Below are positions 29,622-43,851 of a DNA stretch of 64,000 bases, one piece after another (positions within the stretch are counted from its first letter, which is position 1; each line of letters starts with the position of its first letter). The DNA comes from Octopus vulgaris (lineage: Eukaryota), in NCBI GenBank assembly GCA_951406725.2, contig OX597822.1:55180001-55244000 (forward strand), written 5' to 3'. Position numbers and translations under genes: made by a program. The notes under the pieces were generated by a model. It made no database searches, was not told where the DNA came from, and was given only the letters and a program-made list of their open reading frames with translations.

Positions 29622-30238
29622 ATTTAATAAACACAGTGTATATGTTTATGAGCTACTCATAGTTTCATGCAATGAAAACAACTTGGACTGCATTTTATAA
29701 CACACCTGGTGCCTTCGCACAATTCTCAGACATATGATTGCGTAAAGACATCAGACATGTTATAAAATACTGAGCTGTTTTCATTACATGAAACTGTTAG
29801 TAGCTCATGTATTTATTAATTAATATTTATCTCTTACCAGATGGAGTACGTTTTTTTGTTGATCTGATCGTCACAGTACAGTATACCACACACACACACA
29901 CACACACACAGAGATACACACACATACACACACACATAATGATAAATCACGTGTGTAAGAACAAAGAATCGTAGCTCTGAATATCGTTGAAATAGAGAAA
30001 TAGAGTAGGATATATGATAGAAACTTGGAACATTAAGTGACAATACAATTAAGTTTCCTGGCAAGCCACGAATACTATTTCACACAACACTCGATGAACA
30101 ATGACAGACGTTGACTACCGAGCAGAAATCGGAAAACTATATACCCGGCGCTTGCCGGAAAACTCCGAGTACTGTGAACGTTCGTTAAATGAAATTTTAT
30201 GAAGAAACTTGGACAAGGATGTTATTATTGAAATATCA

Positions 30239-30280
<42 letters not shown>

Positions 30281-30306
30281 ATATGTGACAATTATTCGGT
30301 AGCCAT

Positions 30307-30367
30307 GATAAAACTCCGAGTTTCGTATGCCGAGGTGGAAATCCACGCCGCCATCTCTTCAGTTATC
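30307..30367 (-). ncRNA. Hammerhead motif, left arm of fold-back 30276-30485
   Basis: gataa-CTGAAGA-gatggcggcgtgg attt ccacctcggcatac-GAAA-ctcggag-TT-ttatc. Confidence 0.7.
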
Positions 30368-30394
30368 CGGCCATAGCATTTTTTCGATGGCCGA

Positions 30395-30454
30395 ATAACT
30401 GAAGAGATGGCGGCGTGGATTTCCACCTCAGCATCCGAAAATCAGAGTTTTATC
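30395..30454 (+). ncRNA. Hammerhead motif, right arm of fold-back 30276-30485
   Basis: ataa-CTGAAGA-gatgg...catcc-GAAA-atcagag-TT-ttat; one stem III mismatch. Confidence 0.6.
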
Positions 30455-31181
30455 ATGGCTACCGAAAAATTATCACATATTACATTTCCAGATAAATTCT
30501 TCTATTTACATATCGAGGTCTCTTTCATTCGTTTGCTGTCTTACCATTTTTATCAATATATATATACAATAGTGTGGTTTTTTTTAGCCGTTTTGACTCA
30601 TATTTCTAGCAATACTATCTTGTACCCTGATTATAAATTTCTATATATATATATATGTATATATATAAATTAGAAAAAACCCACCTTTTATCAATTCAAT
30701 AATGAAAAATTAAATTATACCATTTAGAAAAATTACATATTATAGAAAGATTGAATATAAGATAAAACATATAACAATGATTAAGTAATGTGCAAAATAA
30801 TATATATATATATATAATATGTGTATGTAATGTATGATTGTATATATGTACGTTTGTATTTATGTATGTGTTATTTATTTGTTGAGTAAAACAATTGCCT
30901 ATTTTAAATTCTTACTCTACAGATTCCTTACTTTCCTTACCGGTGTAGACGCACAGTTCAATGCGATTCTGGAGCAATTTCAATTCTATATAAAGACATG
31001 TTTTAGCAGGATGATGGTAAAAGCGAACTGTGGGAAATTTCGTTTCGAGTTAGTTCTGTAGCAACATCTAGATAGTTAGATGGAGAAATATTTCAACGAA
31101 TTCGACAAAAGCAGCAATGGGAACAATAACAGAGGCAGTAACACCAACATATGAAGCTCGAAAAAAAAAACTTATTCTTAC

Positions 31182-31357
31182 CAAGAGTACATCGTCAAAG
31201 TCAAGCTCGCAGGCCAATTGAATGGCATTTTGCTCCTGTAAGTTGTAAATATGTGGATTGCATCCATACTTAAGTAAAATGTTGACACACTTAGGAAACC
31301 GATTCATAATGGCAACGTGAAGGGGCGTGCACCCCTTATTATCTTCGGCATCGATCT
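31182..31357 (-). CDS. TRPA1: TRPA1-like exon (EIDAEDNKGCTPLHVAIMNRFPKCVNILLKYGCNPHIYNLQEQNAIQLACELDFDDVLL)
   Basis: 176 nt, ctgcag| ... |gtaaga, phase 1 to 0; GCTPLHVA ankyrin motif; part of ORF 31068-31421. Confidence 0.93.
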
Positions 31358-31394
31358 CTGCAGAAATTAGAAAGAAATTAATTATTTTTGAACA

Positions 31395-32620
31395 TGCTCG
31401 TACATCGTTGTATCTCGCCAAACGTTTCTATAATTCATCGAATATTAGCATACACTTCATACACCACCAAACGTCCCAGTATTTTACCATTCATCACTGT
31501 GCACCACCATATCAACGTACACCATTATACAGTTCATACATCATGGCTATCACCGAACATTACGATACAACACCATAAATGACCATAAGTATATATTACC
31601 GTATATCATCAAACCATTTCCACAAGCATATTCCATCATATATAACTATATGTTATTGAACATCATCATGCATTACCATACATCGTCATACTTCATTGTA
31701 CGCCTAGTTCAATCAATGTAAAGCACAAATGGCATGGGTGTGTGGAAAATAGCTTGCTTCCCAACCACACGAACGTACGTACATACGTACGCGCGCACAG
31801 ACACAGACACACATGCAAGCACGCACACACATACACACACATTTCCGGTTCAATAAAAGAGAATGATAGAATAAGTACCAGTCGTTAAAAAATAAGCGCT
31901 GGGGTTGATTTGTTTGACTAAACCTTTTCAGGTCTGTAACCCAGCATGGCCCCAATTCAATGACCGAAACGAGTAAAAGATAATGCAGTACAGTGGTGGT
32001 TAATGATATATATACTTATTTAAGACAGCTATTGTTGGACAATCATCGACAGTGATTTATAGTTAAGCCTGTATACAGCATTTCACGACACCGTACATTA
32101 TAATTCATCAACGTACCTCTCTGTTCATCACCATGAATCACCACGCATCACCATCCATTACATTACCTTTTTCTCCATCACCGTACACCACCGTATATCG
32201 TCGTGCATAATTGTATATCTCCATACATCAATTTACCTCATCGTTTCTCACTGTCCTTTACGATCCTCCAGCGTCGATCATTGCGAATACCTATACACAT
32301 ATGTATATCACCGTCAAACGCTGTATATTATTATTCATATGCATAATAGTCTTTACAACCCCCTTACATTACTGTACATCGTGGTATATCACCATATATA
32401 TATATAGAACAGATTACACTATCCTACGTTACTATGCAGTTCCAAACGTCAAAAGATACTTCTGTATCGTTGTCCGTTACTATAATCATCGTATCTCACT
32501 ATACATCAGTGTACATTACTGCACCTCATCATACAAAACCGTGTATTACGATAAATAATCAGGTATTTCCATGTATCACGATAAATCATTGTGCCTGTTA
32601 TATAAAAATTATCATCATCA
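31395..32620. repeat. Degenerate CAC/CAT-rich low-complexity minisatellite with a nested SINE piece
   Basis: Recurrent catcaccgtac/accatacat units. Confidence 0.5.
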
Positions 32621-32629
32621 TCATCATTA

Positions 32630-33490
32630 TTGTATTAAAACTCACAGCTTATATTGCTGGGTATGATGGAAAGTGTCAGCTGTCCACAGCCATGCTTCAA
32701 GAACTCTGCGAAGAATTCTTGTAGTTCCAAGCCAGCAGACTAAGGCAATACTTATTTATTGGACATGCTTCAAGAACTCTGCGAAGAATTTTTGCACTTC
32801 CATGCAATACTGATTTTTGTAGGTGTTCTGCTTTCACACCTGCACGGATCTTTTTCAGCAATGCTGGTAGTTGAGTGCTGATACTACCAAGTTCACCAAT
32901 TACTATTGGAATCACGTCTATCCTCTTCATTGACCACAACCTTCGTATTTCCCATTTTAAATCGTTGTAGTTGTTTATTTTTTCTTCTTTCACATTGATC
33001 CTGTTGTCACCGGGGCATGCTATATCGATTATCATGCATGTTCTTTCTTTTTTATTCACCGCAACAATGTCCGGTTACCTATGCCTGGTCACGTGATCGT
33101 ACTGGATCCCACAGGATTCTGTAGTTCTCCTTTTTGGTGACTCCTTCTAGGGTTTGTTCATACCACGTCATTGCTCTTTGTAGGCCGTGATTTCCACATT
33201 CTTGTCACATTGTCATGGCGTCGTTTGTATTCGCCTTGTGTCAATTTCGGGCATTCGCTAACGATGTGCCATACCGTTTCATTCTTCTCACCACACATTC
33301 TGCATTTGTCGCTTTCAGTAGTGTTGTTAACTCTGCACTTCATATAGTTGGTCATTAAAGCTTGTTCCTGAACTGCGTATATGAGTGCTTCTGTCTCTAT
33401 CCTCATCCATAGCCACCGTATCTCTCACTTGGCGTTCACATCCATATCTCTCTTGGCGTTCACATCTCGTGCAAACTGGCCATTATCATT
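32630..33490 (-). mobile_element. RLE-type non-LTR retrotransposon C-terminal remnant
   Basis: CRMCGEKNETVWHIVSEC...YKRRHD zinc knuckle, then IIDIACPGD...IPIVIG...ILRRVL. Confidence 0.88.
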
Positions 33491-33562
33491 CCCTCCTCCT
33501 CCTCCTCCTCCTCCTCCTCCTCCTCCTCATCATCATCATCATCATCATCATCATCGTCATCA

Positions 33563-33610
<48 letters not shown>

Positions 33611-34040
33611 GAGTAAGAGAGCAGCGCCAACCATTAAAGTGACTCTGGGCTACAGATATACGAAGCCCAGTATATCCATCATGACTACCCGTCTGATAAG
33701 AGTACAACAGGCACATGCATCACAACCATATGTGCGCGACATGGTGATCTCGTATCAAGATGAGCAGCGCATGGCCCTGCAGGTGGTGCCCAGGTCGAGT
33801 AGCTCATCCCACTCAAAAGGTCCCTGAATAAGGGTTGCTTAAGGATGTTGAACAAAACACCCATCTTTCCAGAGGTGAATAATTCAAACTCCAAAGAATT
33901 CCTCTCAACATATGATTATGATGTCCCCCACTACTTTTGCTCGTGATGAGAGATGCACATCTCGTCAGTCACAAAGGGACATGCTCAACTGGTCAAACAA
34001 TTGACAAGCAAATCTATGGTAGAGAGCAGAATATTTACTG

Positions 34041-34041
<1 letters not shown>
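33611..34041. mobile_element. Truncated copy of the (ATT)n-associated element
   Basis: Same start after (ATT)n; ends in (CTA)n. Confidence 0.75.
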
Positions 34042-34119
<78 letters not shown>

Positions 34120-34136
34120 AATATATATATATATAA

Positions 34137-34186
<50 letters not shown>

Positions 34187-34220
34187 GTATAAGTGAGAAT
34201 CGAGTATGTATGTAATATAT

Positions 34221-34255
<35 letters not shown>

Positions 34256-34694
34256 CAAAGTGAGATAGGGGTTGTGAATGTAATAACATTTATCCAATAT
34301 ACTGCCAGTAAAGTACACAGAAAGGCTAATACATGAATTCTAAGAATTGCAATGCAATTAATGCATTTATTGTATTATATGGGCGAAGGTAAAATGTTTT
34401 ACCTCAAATTCATAATAGAAAATAAGAAAATGGAGGAATAGATTTCTGTCAATCATCAACTACTAGATAATACTAATTCATATAATTTATTAACTAATTA
34501 TTTAGGAACATCCAGATCAAACAGAATAATACAAATTAAAACAGATGGAAGGTTTTCCACCATGGTACTGTTTTATTCTGTATTATTCTGTTTGATCTGG
34601 ATGTTCCTAAATAATTAGTTAATAAATTATATGAATTAGTATTATCTAGTAGTTGATGATTGATAGAAATCTATTCCTCCTTTTTCTTATTTTG

Positions 34695-34725
<31 letters not shown>

Positions 34726-34750
34726 TATGTGAGAAAAACATGACACTAAC

Positions 34751-34907
34751 CTGCACCGTTTGCTAACGAAAACAGCAGAATATCTTCGTGGCCCTTCTCT
34801 GCTGCCAGATGTAGGACTGTTTGACGCTTTGTATTGCGAGTGTGAAGGCGATCAGGATTTTTGTTAAAATATTTTTCAAATGACGTCAAGTCTCCTTTCG
34901 ATGCCAA
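34751..34907 (-). CDS. TRPA1: TRPA1-like exon, ankyrin repeats (LASKGDLTSFEKYFNKNPDRLHTRNTKRQTVLHLAAEKGHEDILLFSLANGA)
   Basis: 157 nt, ttctag| ... |gttagt, phase 0 to 1; ankyrin motif TVLHLAAEKGH. Confidence 0.9.
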
Positions 34908-34933
34908 CTAGAAAAAGATTATATAGAAAGATT

Positions 34934-34977
<44 letters not shown>

Positions 34978-35057
34978 CATACATACATACATACATACAT
35001 ACATACATACATACATACATACATACATACATACATACATACATACATACATACATA

Positions 35058-37820
35058 CATGATGATGGCCGTCCACTCGTGACCGAAGAAGACCATTGCC
35101 GACCTTCAGGAACATTGTGCGCTCTAGGACTAACTTATATTTTGCATTTGCGGCTCCGTTGGTGGCTAATGAGCCCTGCTCTTGACAAGCATACACGACT
35201 GCAAACATTGCAGACCAAGCTTTCCCCATTCACTATACGAGCCGTGCGCTTTCGCGCAGCTCGCTTAAGTTCTTCATGCTGGATACGTGCTCTCTCAAAA
35301 GTATCGATGCCCTCCTTAACCTGCTTCCTCTATCTGTGGCGATGACAGCCATTGATCTCCTGCATATCAAAAGCCTTTAACGAGGACTTGACACAGTCCT
35401 TAAATCGTAGCCTTGGATTCTGCTGGAGTCTCCTTCCATTCACAAGTTCTCCATAGAGCATCTGCTTAGGAATCCTTCTATCCTCCATTCTAATAAGGTG
35501 TCCAGTCCAACGCAACCGGTGTTTGTGTACCATCGCCTCAATACTCAAGATATCAGCTGTCCTCAGGATCTGTGTGTCTGGAATTTTTGAGGTCCAGCCA
35601 ACATTGAGAATGTGTCTGAGACATCTCTGATGAAAACGTTCAAGGACCCTTACCTGACGTTTGTACAGAGTCCATGTCTCACATGAGTAGAGAAGCGATG
35701 TCAGTACACAAGCACGGTACACAGCAACTTTTGTCTCCTTGCGATGCCATGTTGGGACCAGACACGAGACTGAAGAGACCGGAAGGAATTAGTTGCTCTC
35801 TGCAACCTGAAAGATATTTCCTCATCCAGGGAGCAAGAACGGCTGAGTGTGCTGCCCAGGTAGACAAACTTGTCTACTACCTTCAGAATTGTTCCTTCAA
35901 CCAAGATAGCTGGTTCTATATATGGATTTCCTGGTGCAGGCTGGAACATTACAACAGTCTTGTCCAGGCTAATGCTGAGTCCAAATGCCCTGCAAGAAGC
36001 AGAAATGCAATTCATGAGTATTTGCATGTCATCCACTGTATGAGTGACTAAGTCACAGTCATCTGCATAAAGGAGGTCACGAATAATAGACTGGGAAACC
36101 TTTGAATTGGCAGCAAATCAGCGAAGATTAAAGAGGCGGCCAGAAGATCGATATCTGACATATATTCCCAGAGAGCTAACCTTAGCAAAAGCATGAGTAA
36201 AAGCAGCAGCAAAGTACAAAGAAAAGAGAGTTGGGGCAAGGATGTCACCCTGCTTGACACCATTCTCTACAGGAATGGGTCCCGCCATGGCACCACCAAC
36301 ATTGACCCAAGCCTCCATCCCATCATGAAATGATTCAATTATAGATACAAAGTGATCCGGACATCCCAAGTTTGCCAAGTATTTTCCATAGAAGGGCCCT
36401 ATTTACAGTATCAAAGGCCTTAGTTAAATCAATGAATACCTGGACAAGATCCATGTTCTGCTCATAGCACTTCTCCTGCATCTGTCTTGCTGTGAAAATC
36501 ATATCCATTGTCCCTCTACCAGATCGGAAGCCACATTGAGATTCAGATAGGACATCATTTACGAGACACCCATTCAGACGGGTAAGAATAATATTTGCCA
36601 GAACCTTGCCAGCAGCTGATAGTAGAGCAATACCTCTGTAGTTACCACACATTGTTCTGGCTCTTTTTCCTTTATATAGAGGAAGAATAACTGCATCCTT
36701 CCAGTCCTTAGGGATTGCACCATTCCCTCCAGACTGCACTAATAAGTTCATGAAGGGACTGTGTGATGCAATTACCACCAAATCGCAAGACCTCAGCACA
36801 AATTCCATCCTTTCCAGGTGCCCTACCAAGATTCAATTTACTTATTGATGTCATTACTTCACGTATTGATGGCGAGGAGTCTAAGGAGTCAATGATAGGT
36901 CTTTGTTTCATAGTATCAATCACTATTTCATCCACAACTGACTCATGGTTTAGGAGTTCAGAGAAGTGTTCGATCCAGCGACCTGTGATTTCCATGTTTG
37001 CCAGTCTGTTCCAACCCTGGCATTAAAATCACCCAGTAGAATGACTTTTTCAGAATTGGGGATTTTTCTAAGTATGGCTCTCAGCTGGGTATAAAAGATT
37101 ATTTTATCTTCATCACAGCTAGTCAAAGTAGGTACATAGGCACTTATTAGAGTAGCAAACCGCTTACCTTTCAAGTGCAACCGAAGGGTCATTATTCGTT
37201 CATTTATAGGAACAGGGAGCTCTTCCAACTTCTTCAGGATATCAGATCGGACTGCAAAACCAACACCAGCCTCTCTGCGCTCCTCCTTCTGCCTTCATTT
37301 CCCAAAAAGGTGTATCCGCCTCCTACTTCCTCAAGCTGACCATCACCTTCTATATGAGTCTCTGAGAGTGCAGCTATATCAATTTTATAACGGTTCAGCT
37401 CACGAGCAACAAGTGCAGTGCGTCTTTCAGGCCTGCAATCACTCCTGTTGTCCAACAGAGTACGCACATTCCAACATGAAATGTTTAAGTTCCGTCCAGA
37501 TTTTATAGATAAACGACTCTTTGTTTTTCGAGCGCAGGGTGGACATCCGTTAGTCGCGCTAAACTGACCAGATATGGAAAGACAGGCAATTTTTGGTTCA
37601 CCTTTTCTAGAACCTCCCCGGTCTCCAGGTGAGCAGTGCCCTCTCCAAATGGAGCTGCTCAGACACCCATGCAGCAACCGAATCCTACCGCTGTCTTGGG
37701 CGACAAGGAGACGACTTTATATCTAGCATGGGCCGCCTACGTGCAGGTCGCTGACTATATGCTTCCAACCCGTCAGTTCTGCATGCTTCACCACCTTCCC
37801 ATCGCCGCAGGACTTCCGAA
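35058..37820 (-). mobile_element. RTE-clade LINE, internally deleted and frameshifted
   Basis: APE WNVRTLLD...IDIAALSET and LLGDFNARVG; RT ESQCGFRSGRGT, FIDLTKAFD, GVKQGDILAP, LYADD; HRLRWTGHLIRM. Confidence 0.93.
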
Positions 37821-38311
37821 TAAAAAAAAAAGAAATACTAAAAATGAAGAAAATGTATACTAAAAATAAGATAGATACATATAGAATAAAAAAAAAAAAG
37901 AGGTCGGCAATGCCTGTGCAGAGTTTTAGGTCCAATAAGGCTTGCACAACACCTCACAGACCCTCTCCACTCTATTGACATTATCCAGAGACAAGCCGGA
38001 GCAAGATGTCTGGTGCCAATATGAGTCGCAGGTTCAGGGATGTGGGAGCGCCGTGATCTCTAGCACAAACCAAAGGTCCCCAAAATGTTCAATGCCATTC
38101 CCTGCATATCTGGTTTTATATCAGAGTGACCTTCTCCTAGAGACGTGCTTTAACAAAAGCTGAGGGACGCCTCACTCCCAGTGGTCTTTCAGCACGCCGG
38201 ACACCACCCCGGAATTTCAACGTACCCGTGCTACATACATACATACATACATACATACATACATACACATATTTACATACATATATGTATATATGTATAC
38301 ACTCACATTTT

Positions 38312-38405
<94 letters not shown>

Positions 38406-38675
38406 ATGTATGTATATTATTATAAAATGTGAGTGTATACATATATACATATACATATATGTATGTAAATATGTGTATGTATGTATGTATGTATGTAGCA
38501 CGGGTACGTTGAAATTCCGGGGTGGTGTCCGGCGTGCTGAAATATGAATACGACAATGATTTTCAGGTGTTTTAACACCCGGCGCTCTAAGAGAGTCGTT
38601 TCATCCGTGTTAAATCGCAGCCGTCGGCGAAGTAGCAAAGCACATGCATTGCGTGTGTTCGTGTGTTCGATAATG

Positions 38676-38714
<39 letters not shown>

Positions 38715-38728
38715 AAGAAAGAGAGAGA

Positions 38729-38764
<36 letters not shown>

Positions 38765-39847
38765 TCCAAGAGCCGAAAGTTTCGTGCATTGACACATATC
38801 AAACTTAAGTAATCATATATTCATGTAAGTGCCAATGCACGAAACTCTCGGCCTTTTTAGTAACTGTAACTACTGCCAATTGTTATGATTGTTATCATTA
38901 TTATTCGTCTGCCACTACGCTCTGAGTTCAAATTCCGCCGAGGTCGACTTTGCCTTTCATCCTTTCGGGGTCGATTAAATAAGTATCAGTTACGCACTGG
39001 GGTCGATATAATCGACTTAATCCGTTTGTCTGTCGTTGTTTGCCCTCTCTGTGTGTAGCCCCTTGTGGGAAGTAAAGAAGTAGGTATTTCGTCTGCCGCT
39101 ACATTCTGAGTTTAAATTCCACCGAGTTTGCATTTTATCTTTTCAGTGTCAATACATTAAATACCAATGAAACACTGGAGTCGATGTAATCGACTAGTTT
39201 TCTCCCTCCAAAATTTCAAGGAAAAAAAATTATTATTGTATAAACTCGATAACAAAAAATATTAATAACATTTTCATAAAATAATTCACAATTGCATTGT
39301 TAAGTATCAGTTTCTTCGCTTTAAGTAGGTCATTTCATATCCTCAGGCAATACTTTTGTCTTTCCTGAACGGACTCTTACTCTATGGTTCTCAGTTAGTT
39401 TGTCTTTCTCCATTTTCTTGTTTTCTCGCCCATCTCACGTAGCAAAAAAAGTTCTACGCAGGAAAAATCCCTCTTTCTATTGCGTAGAAGTCATTTTAGT
39501 CGGTTACAACTAATTAGAAACTTGTTCATCAATTCTCGTACAGTTTTGATGAATTGTTAAAATAGTTTGCAACATCTCCGTGACCAGGATCTCTATTGCT
39601 GCCCAGGGCTCAGAAGTTCAACGAAATTTTTGACGATTCATAAAAAAATTAACGAAAGCAACGTAAAAGATGTTTTGCGTTTTTAAATGGCTACAATAAC
39701 TCTTCCATGATGTAACTGTATCAGTTTCAACACACGATTTCAGATCAATTTTATTTGCCAGGCAAATACACACGCTTACACAAACACATACGCACAGATA
39801 CACGCATGCAGAGGGAGAGGGATATATCTATATATATATATATATAT

Positions 39848-39941
<94 letters not shown>

Positions 39942-42900
39942 ATACATTGAATGCAAATATATACTAAGAAAGTTTATAAATAAAATGCAAAAAATAATGA
40001 TTATCTTTCTACAAAAAATTAAAAAAAACAGGCCGAAATGAATATTTAGAATGAAATTATCGCAGTAAGAAGCAACCCTTAAAGATAATCAGAGTACATC
40101 CACAGATCTCGGATTACATTGACTCTTGTAGTTCTGGTCCCTGTTCTACAGTCGCGTTTTGAGTAGACCCATTTAACTCATAGCCACTTTCCAGTAAATT
40201 TGCTGGTGGGCAGCATTTCCTTCTCTACCCTCACCCAAACCCTTTATGTAGTATTTGAGGAAGTCGTCGAAGGCTTCACTAGAGAGTAAAATCTCTGTCT
40301 TAGGTCCCCTCAGTTTTCTCCCTTCGACGCAAAGTCTTACATTTCATTAGGGATCGGAAATTGCTATTTAAATTGACAAAGGTGCTTAAGTGTACTTCAA
40401 TACGAACAGACCAGTAGATAGCAGAACCGGGAGACCGTTATGTAAAATGCTTTATAGTATTTTGCTACCTGTCAGGATCTATTTGCATTTCATCTTTCAG
40501 GATCGATAAAAATAAAATGTCAGTCAAGTACCGAGGCTGATTTCCCTCACTAAGTCCCCGACCTTGTGTCTATTTAAGAAATTAAGACTGGTGAATTGGT
40601 AGACTCGTTAAAATATCAGTGTTTCTTCCGGCTCTTTACACTGAGATCAAATTCTATCGAGATGAAATTTGCCTTTCATACCCATCACCATAAGTCGATA
40701 AAATATGGTAGCATTCAGTACATTCATGCAATACAAAGATGTATGTATTATTTATCTATTTGGTTTGTTTGTTGTTTCTGGTGTTTTAGTGTTTCGTGTC
40801 TTTGATAAGTACATTATATGAGCTATCTGATATGAGCTCTTTTATTTGATTGCGTCGTGTCCTGTTACAGAACCGGATGTTGGTTGTGTAGAATATGAGT
40901 TGCGTGAGTTGTTGCTGATTATGTTGAGTATATTCTGTGTGGGTTGTGCTTATATTTCTGGTGCTCAAGTGTCTAAGGGCACTAGATTCACGATCATAAG
41001 GTCTTGGGTTCGATTTTGGACAGAGCGGCGTGTTGTGTCTTCGAGTAAGTCACTTCATTTCACGTTGCTCCAGTCTACTCAACTGAAATGAATATCAACC
41101 GAGTGCTGTCCTCTTTTTCTTCAGTTGCCACATCCTAGATGTTTCTCTGGGTCAAAGGCAAGAGAACCGAGAATGTGTCTTTGTCTGCTTCTTATGCAAA
41201 CGCGAGCAGACGTAAATAATTAACGAAGACATGGTACATGCTGCCAGAGCATACACGCTTGCAAATGAGTGACAGTTGTGTGTCTTTTTTCTTTCGGTTT
41301 CGTTTGGTTTTGTAGAGTACTTGTTAAGTGACATGTGTTATTCTATTGGATGGCGATTGTGTAGAATAAGAGTTGTGAGTCTTATGTGGAAAGTGTATTA
41401 GTGCAATTGAAGTAGTGAATTGAAAATGATTTCAGTAACATGCAAATTGTGCTGTTTGTGCTGTGTTATAAGAGTGGATGTAGCATTTATGTTGTTGAAG
41501 TTCTTTATCATAGGGATGCTGAGAGAAGAGATAATATACTGGTTGTGATATAGTATGGTGTACTAGGTGATGATAAAGCCGAGGAAAAGGACATTGCATT
41601 ACCTGGAAAAAATCCAGAATATAAAATATATCATGAAACAAAATCTTGAAGATAAGAAGTAAAATAAAGCTCAAGATGAACAACATCTGGGAAGGCTGAA
41701 TAATACTGAGACGAATGTGAAAGAAGGTCTGATAATAGCAACCAGTGAAATAAGTGCTTATCACAAAGTTCTATTAAAAATATAACCAACTAGAAAGCTA
41801 ATTAATGCAGAATACGTTTTGAAACTAAGAAACAATCTCAGGCTAAATGAGGTTAAGTCAGAGAGAAATCACTGTTACAGTTAGGGCTAGCTCCAAGATA
41901 TTGAGATATTCTGTATCCTAAGCTAGCCTAACAGCGTGTATCTCCTTCACCAATTCTTTTTCTACAACCAGCACGTTCATAAAACCAGCTGGAAAATCAA
42001 GCTGGAAAATTATAATTAACTTATGAACAAGAGATATATAGTTTTATGATCATATGTATCATTGAGTAAATCTGTTATCTTGCAAACTTTTTAAGTGTTC
42101 CATGCCAAAGAATATAATAGGTCCTAAAAACTATTCGTTCCTTTCTTCTTCTCCACCCCAGCTCGTCCCCACTTCTTCATTCTCTTCTTTCCCAGGAGTA
42201 AACTCGCTTACTCTCTTTGTCACTAAGTTTTCTTGTTTTTAGTTGGATTAAGAAACTTTAAGATGTTAGGCAATAACTTCAGATTCCTGCGCTTTAGTGG
42301 TCGCTTACTTTGCCAAGAGCGTATCGCTGACTCTGGTGATGGCGGAGTGGATAATATTTAATAACTAAAACAGTAAATGTTAGAGACACAATAAACTGTC
42401 TTTGAAAAGGATCAAATCATAATATTCTTTACTACTCGAGGCACAAGGCCCGAAATTTTGGGGAGGGAGCCAGTCGATTAGATCGACTCCAGTACGCAAC
42501 TGGTACTTAATTTATCGACCTCGAAAGGAAGAAAGGCAAAGTCGACCTCGGCGGAATTTGAATTCAGAACGTAAAGACTGACGAAATACCGCTAATCATT
42601 TCGCCCGGTGGGCTAACGTTTCTGCCAGCTCGCCGCCGTAATCAAGTCATAATACTGAAATATATACAAGTCGTCGAAAGGAGTCTCGACGTAGTTGCTC
42701 GAGCTGCTAGTAATAACCAAAATATCTCCTTCAACTTATTTCCTACCAACAGGAAGGATACACCAGATAATGTCGTCCTAGATACTCAATTTCCGAGACA
42801 AGAACGAGAAGGTCATTGCTGGGATGCCTTGGGGCGTAGGTCTGCCCTGCCAGGAATCACCCGGGGGTTAAAATCTGTGCAATGTGCTTCACTAGCAGTG

Positions 42901-43483
42901 AGAGGAATCAATTTAAACAGCTGAAATAATAATATCAAAGACATACTTGGGAGGATAAACTTTATTGATATGTAATCAATACTTTTTGACCAGAACATTA
43001 CTTGGGAGGGAATTGAGAACCTATCAAAGAATGACATTTTGGAAAGCGAAGTAAACAGTTATGTTGGAGATGGATGCTTAAATTGTTCCCATAATAGGGA
43101 AACTATAGATATATGAGATTCTAGAAACAGATGGGAAAATATAAGCAGGAGACGAATGCTGAGTTTGTTCTCTTTATAGTTAGAACATTAAGGGTTGCTA
43201 AAGATAATACAGAAAAATGAAGAGAAAACATATATTCCGAGATTTATTCATCGAGACACATTCAATAGAATAAAATTACGGGGATCTTTTCATAAATTAA
43301 TTGCCTCAGGCAAATTTAACCACAAGCAAAAGTATTTGAGGCACATGAATTTGACATTGGTGTTGTAGGAGAGAAAAAAAGGATAAACGCATTAAAAAGA
43401 GGAAGAATAATGACAATCGTAACATCAACAACATAAATAATATTAGGAATATTGATAAGGATAATAATAATGGTAATATTGAT

Positions 43484-43851
43484 AGGAGTGGCTGTGTGGT
43501 AAGTAGCTTACTTACCAACCACGTAGTTCCGGGTTCCGTCACACTACGTGGCACCTTAGGCCTGTAGCCTCGAGCCGACCAAAGCTTTGTGAGTGGATTT
43601 GGTAGACGGAAGCTGAAAGAAGCCCATGTGTGTGTGTGTGTATGCTTGTGTGTCTGCGTGTGTCCCCCCCCCCACCGTCGCATGACAACAGATGCTGGTG
43701 TGTTTACCTTCCCGTAACTAAGCTATTCGGCAAAATAGACCTATAGAATAAGTACTAGGCTTACAAGGAAGAAGTCCTGGGGTTAGATTTGTTCGGCTAA
43801 AGGCGGTACTGCAGCATGGCTGCAGTCAAATGACTGAAACAAGTAAAAGAG
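43484..43851 (+). mobile_element. SINE family A, full length
   Basis: ggagtggctgtgtggtaag head to aagtaaaagag tail. Confidence 0.85.

Noticed and set aside
41603-41640. Alternative upstream TRPA1 exon ending ...LDFFQ|gtaatg
   Set aside because: The donor is plausible but there is no clear start or acceptor, and the region looks like a decayed repeat
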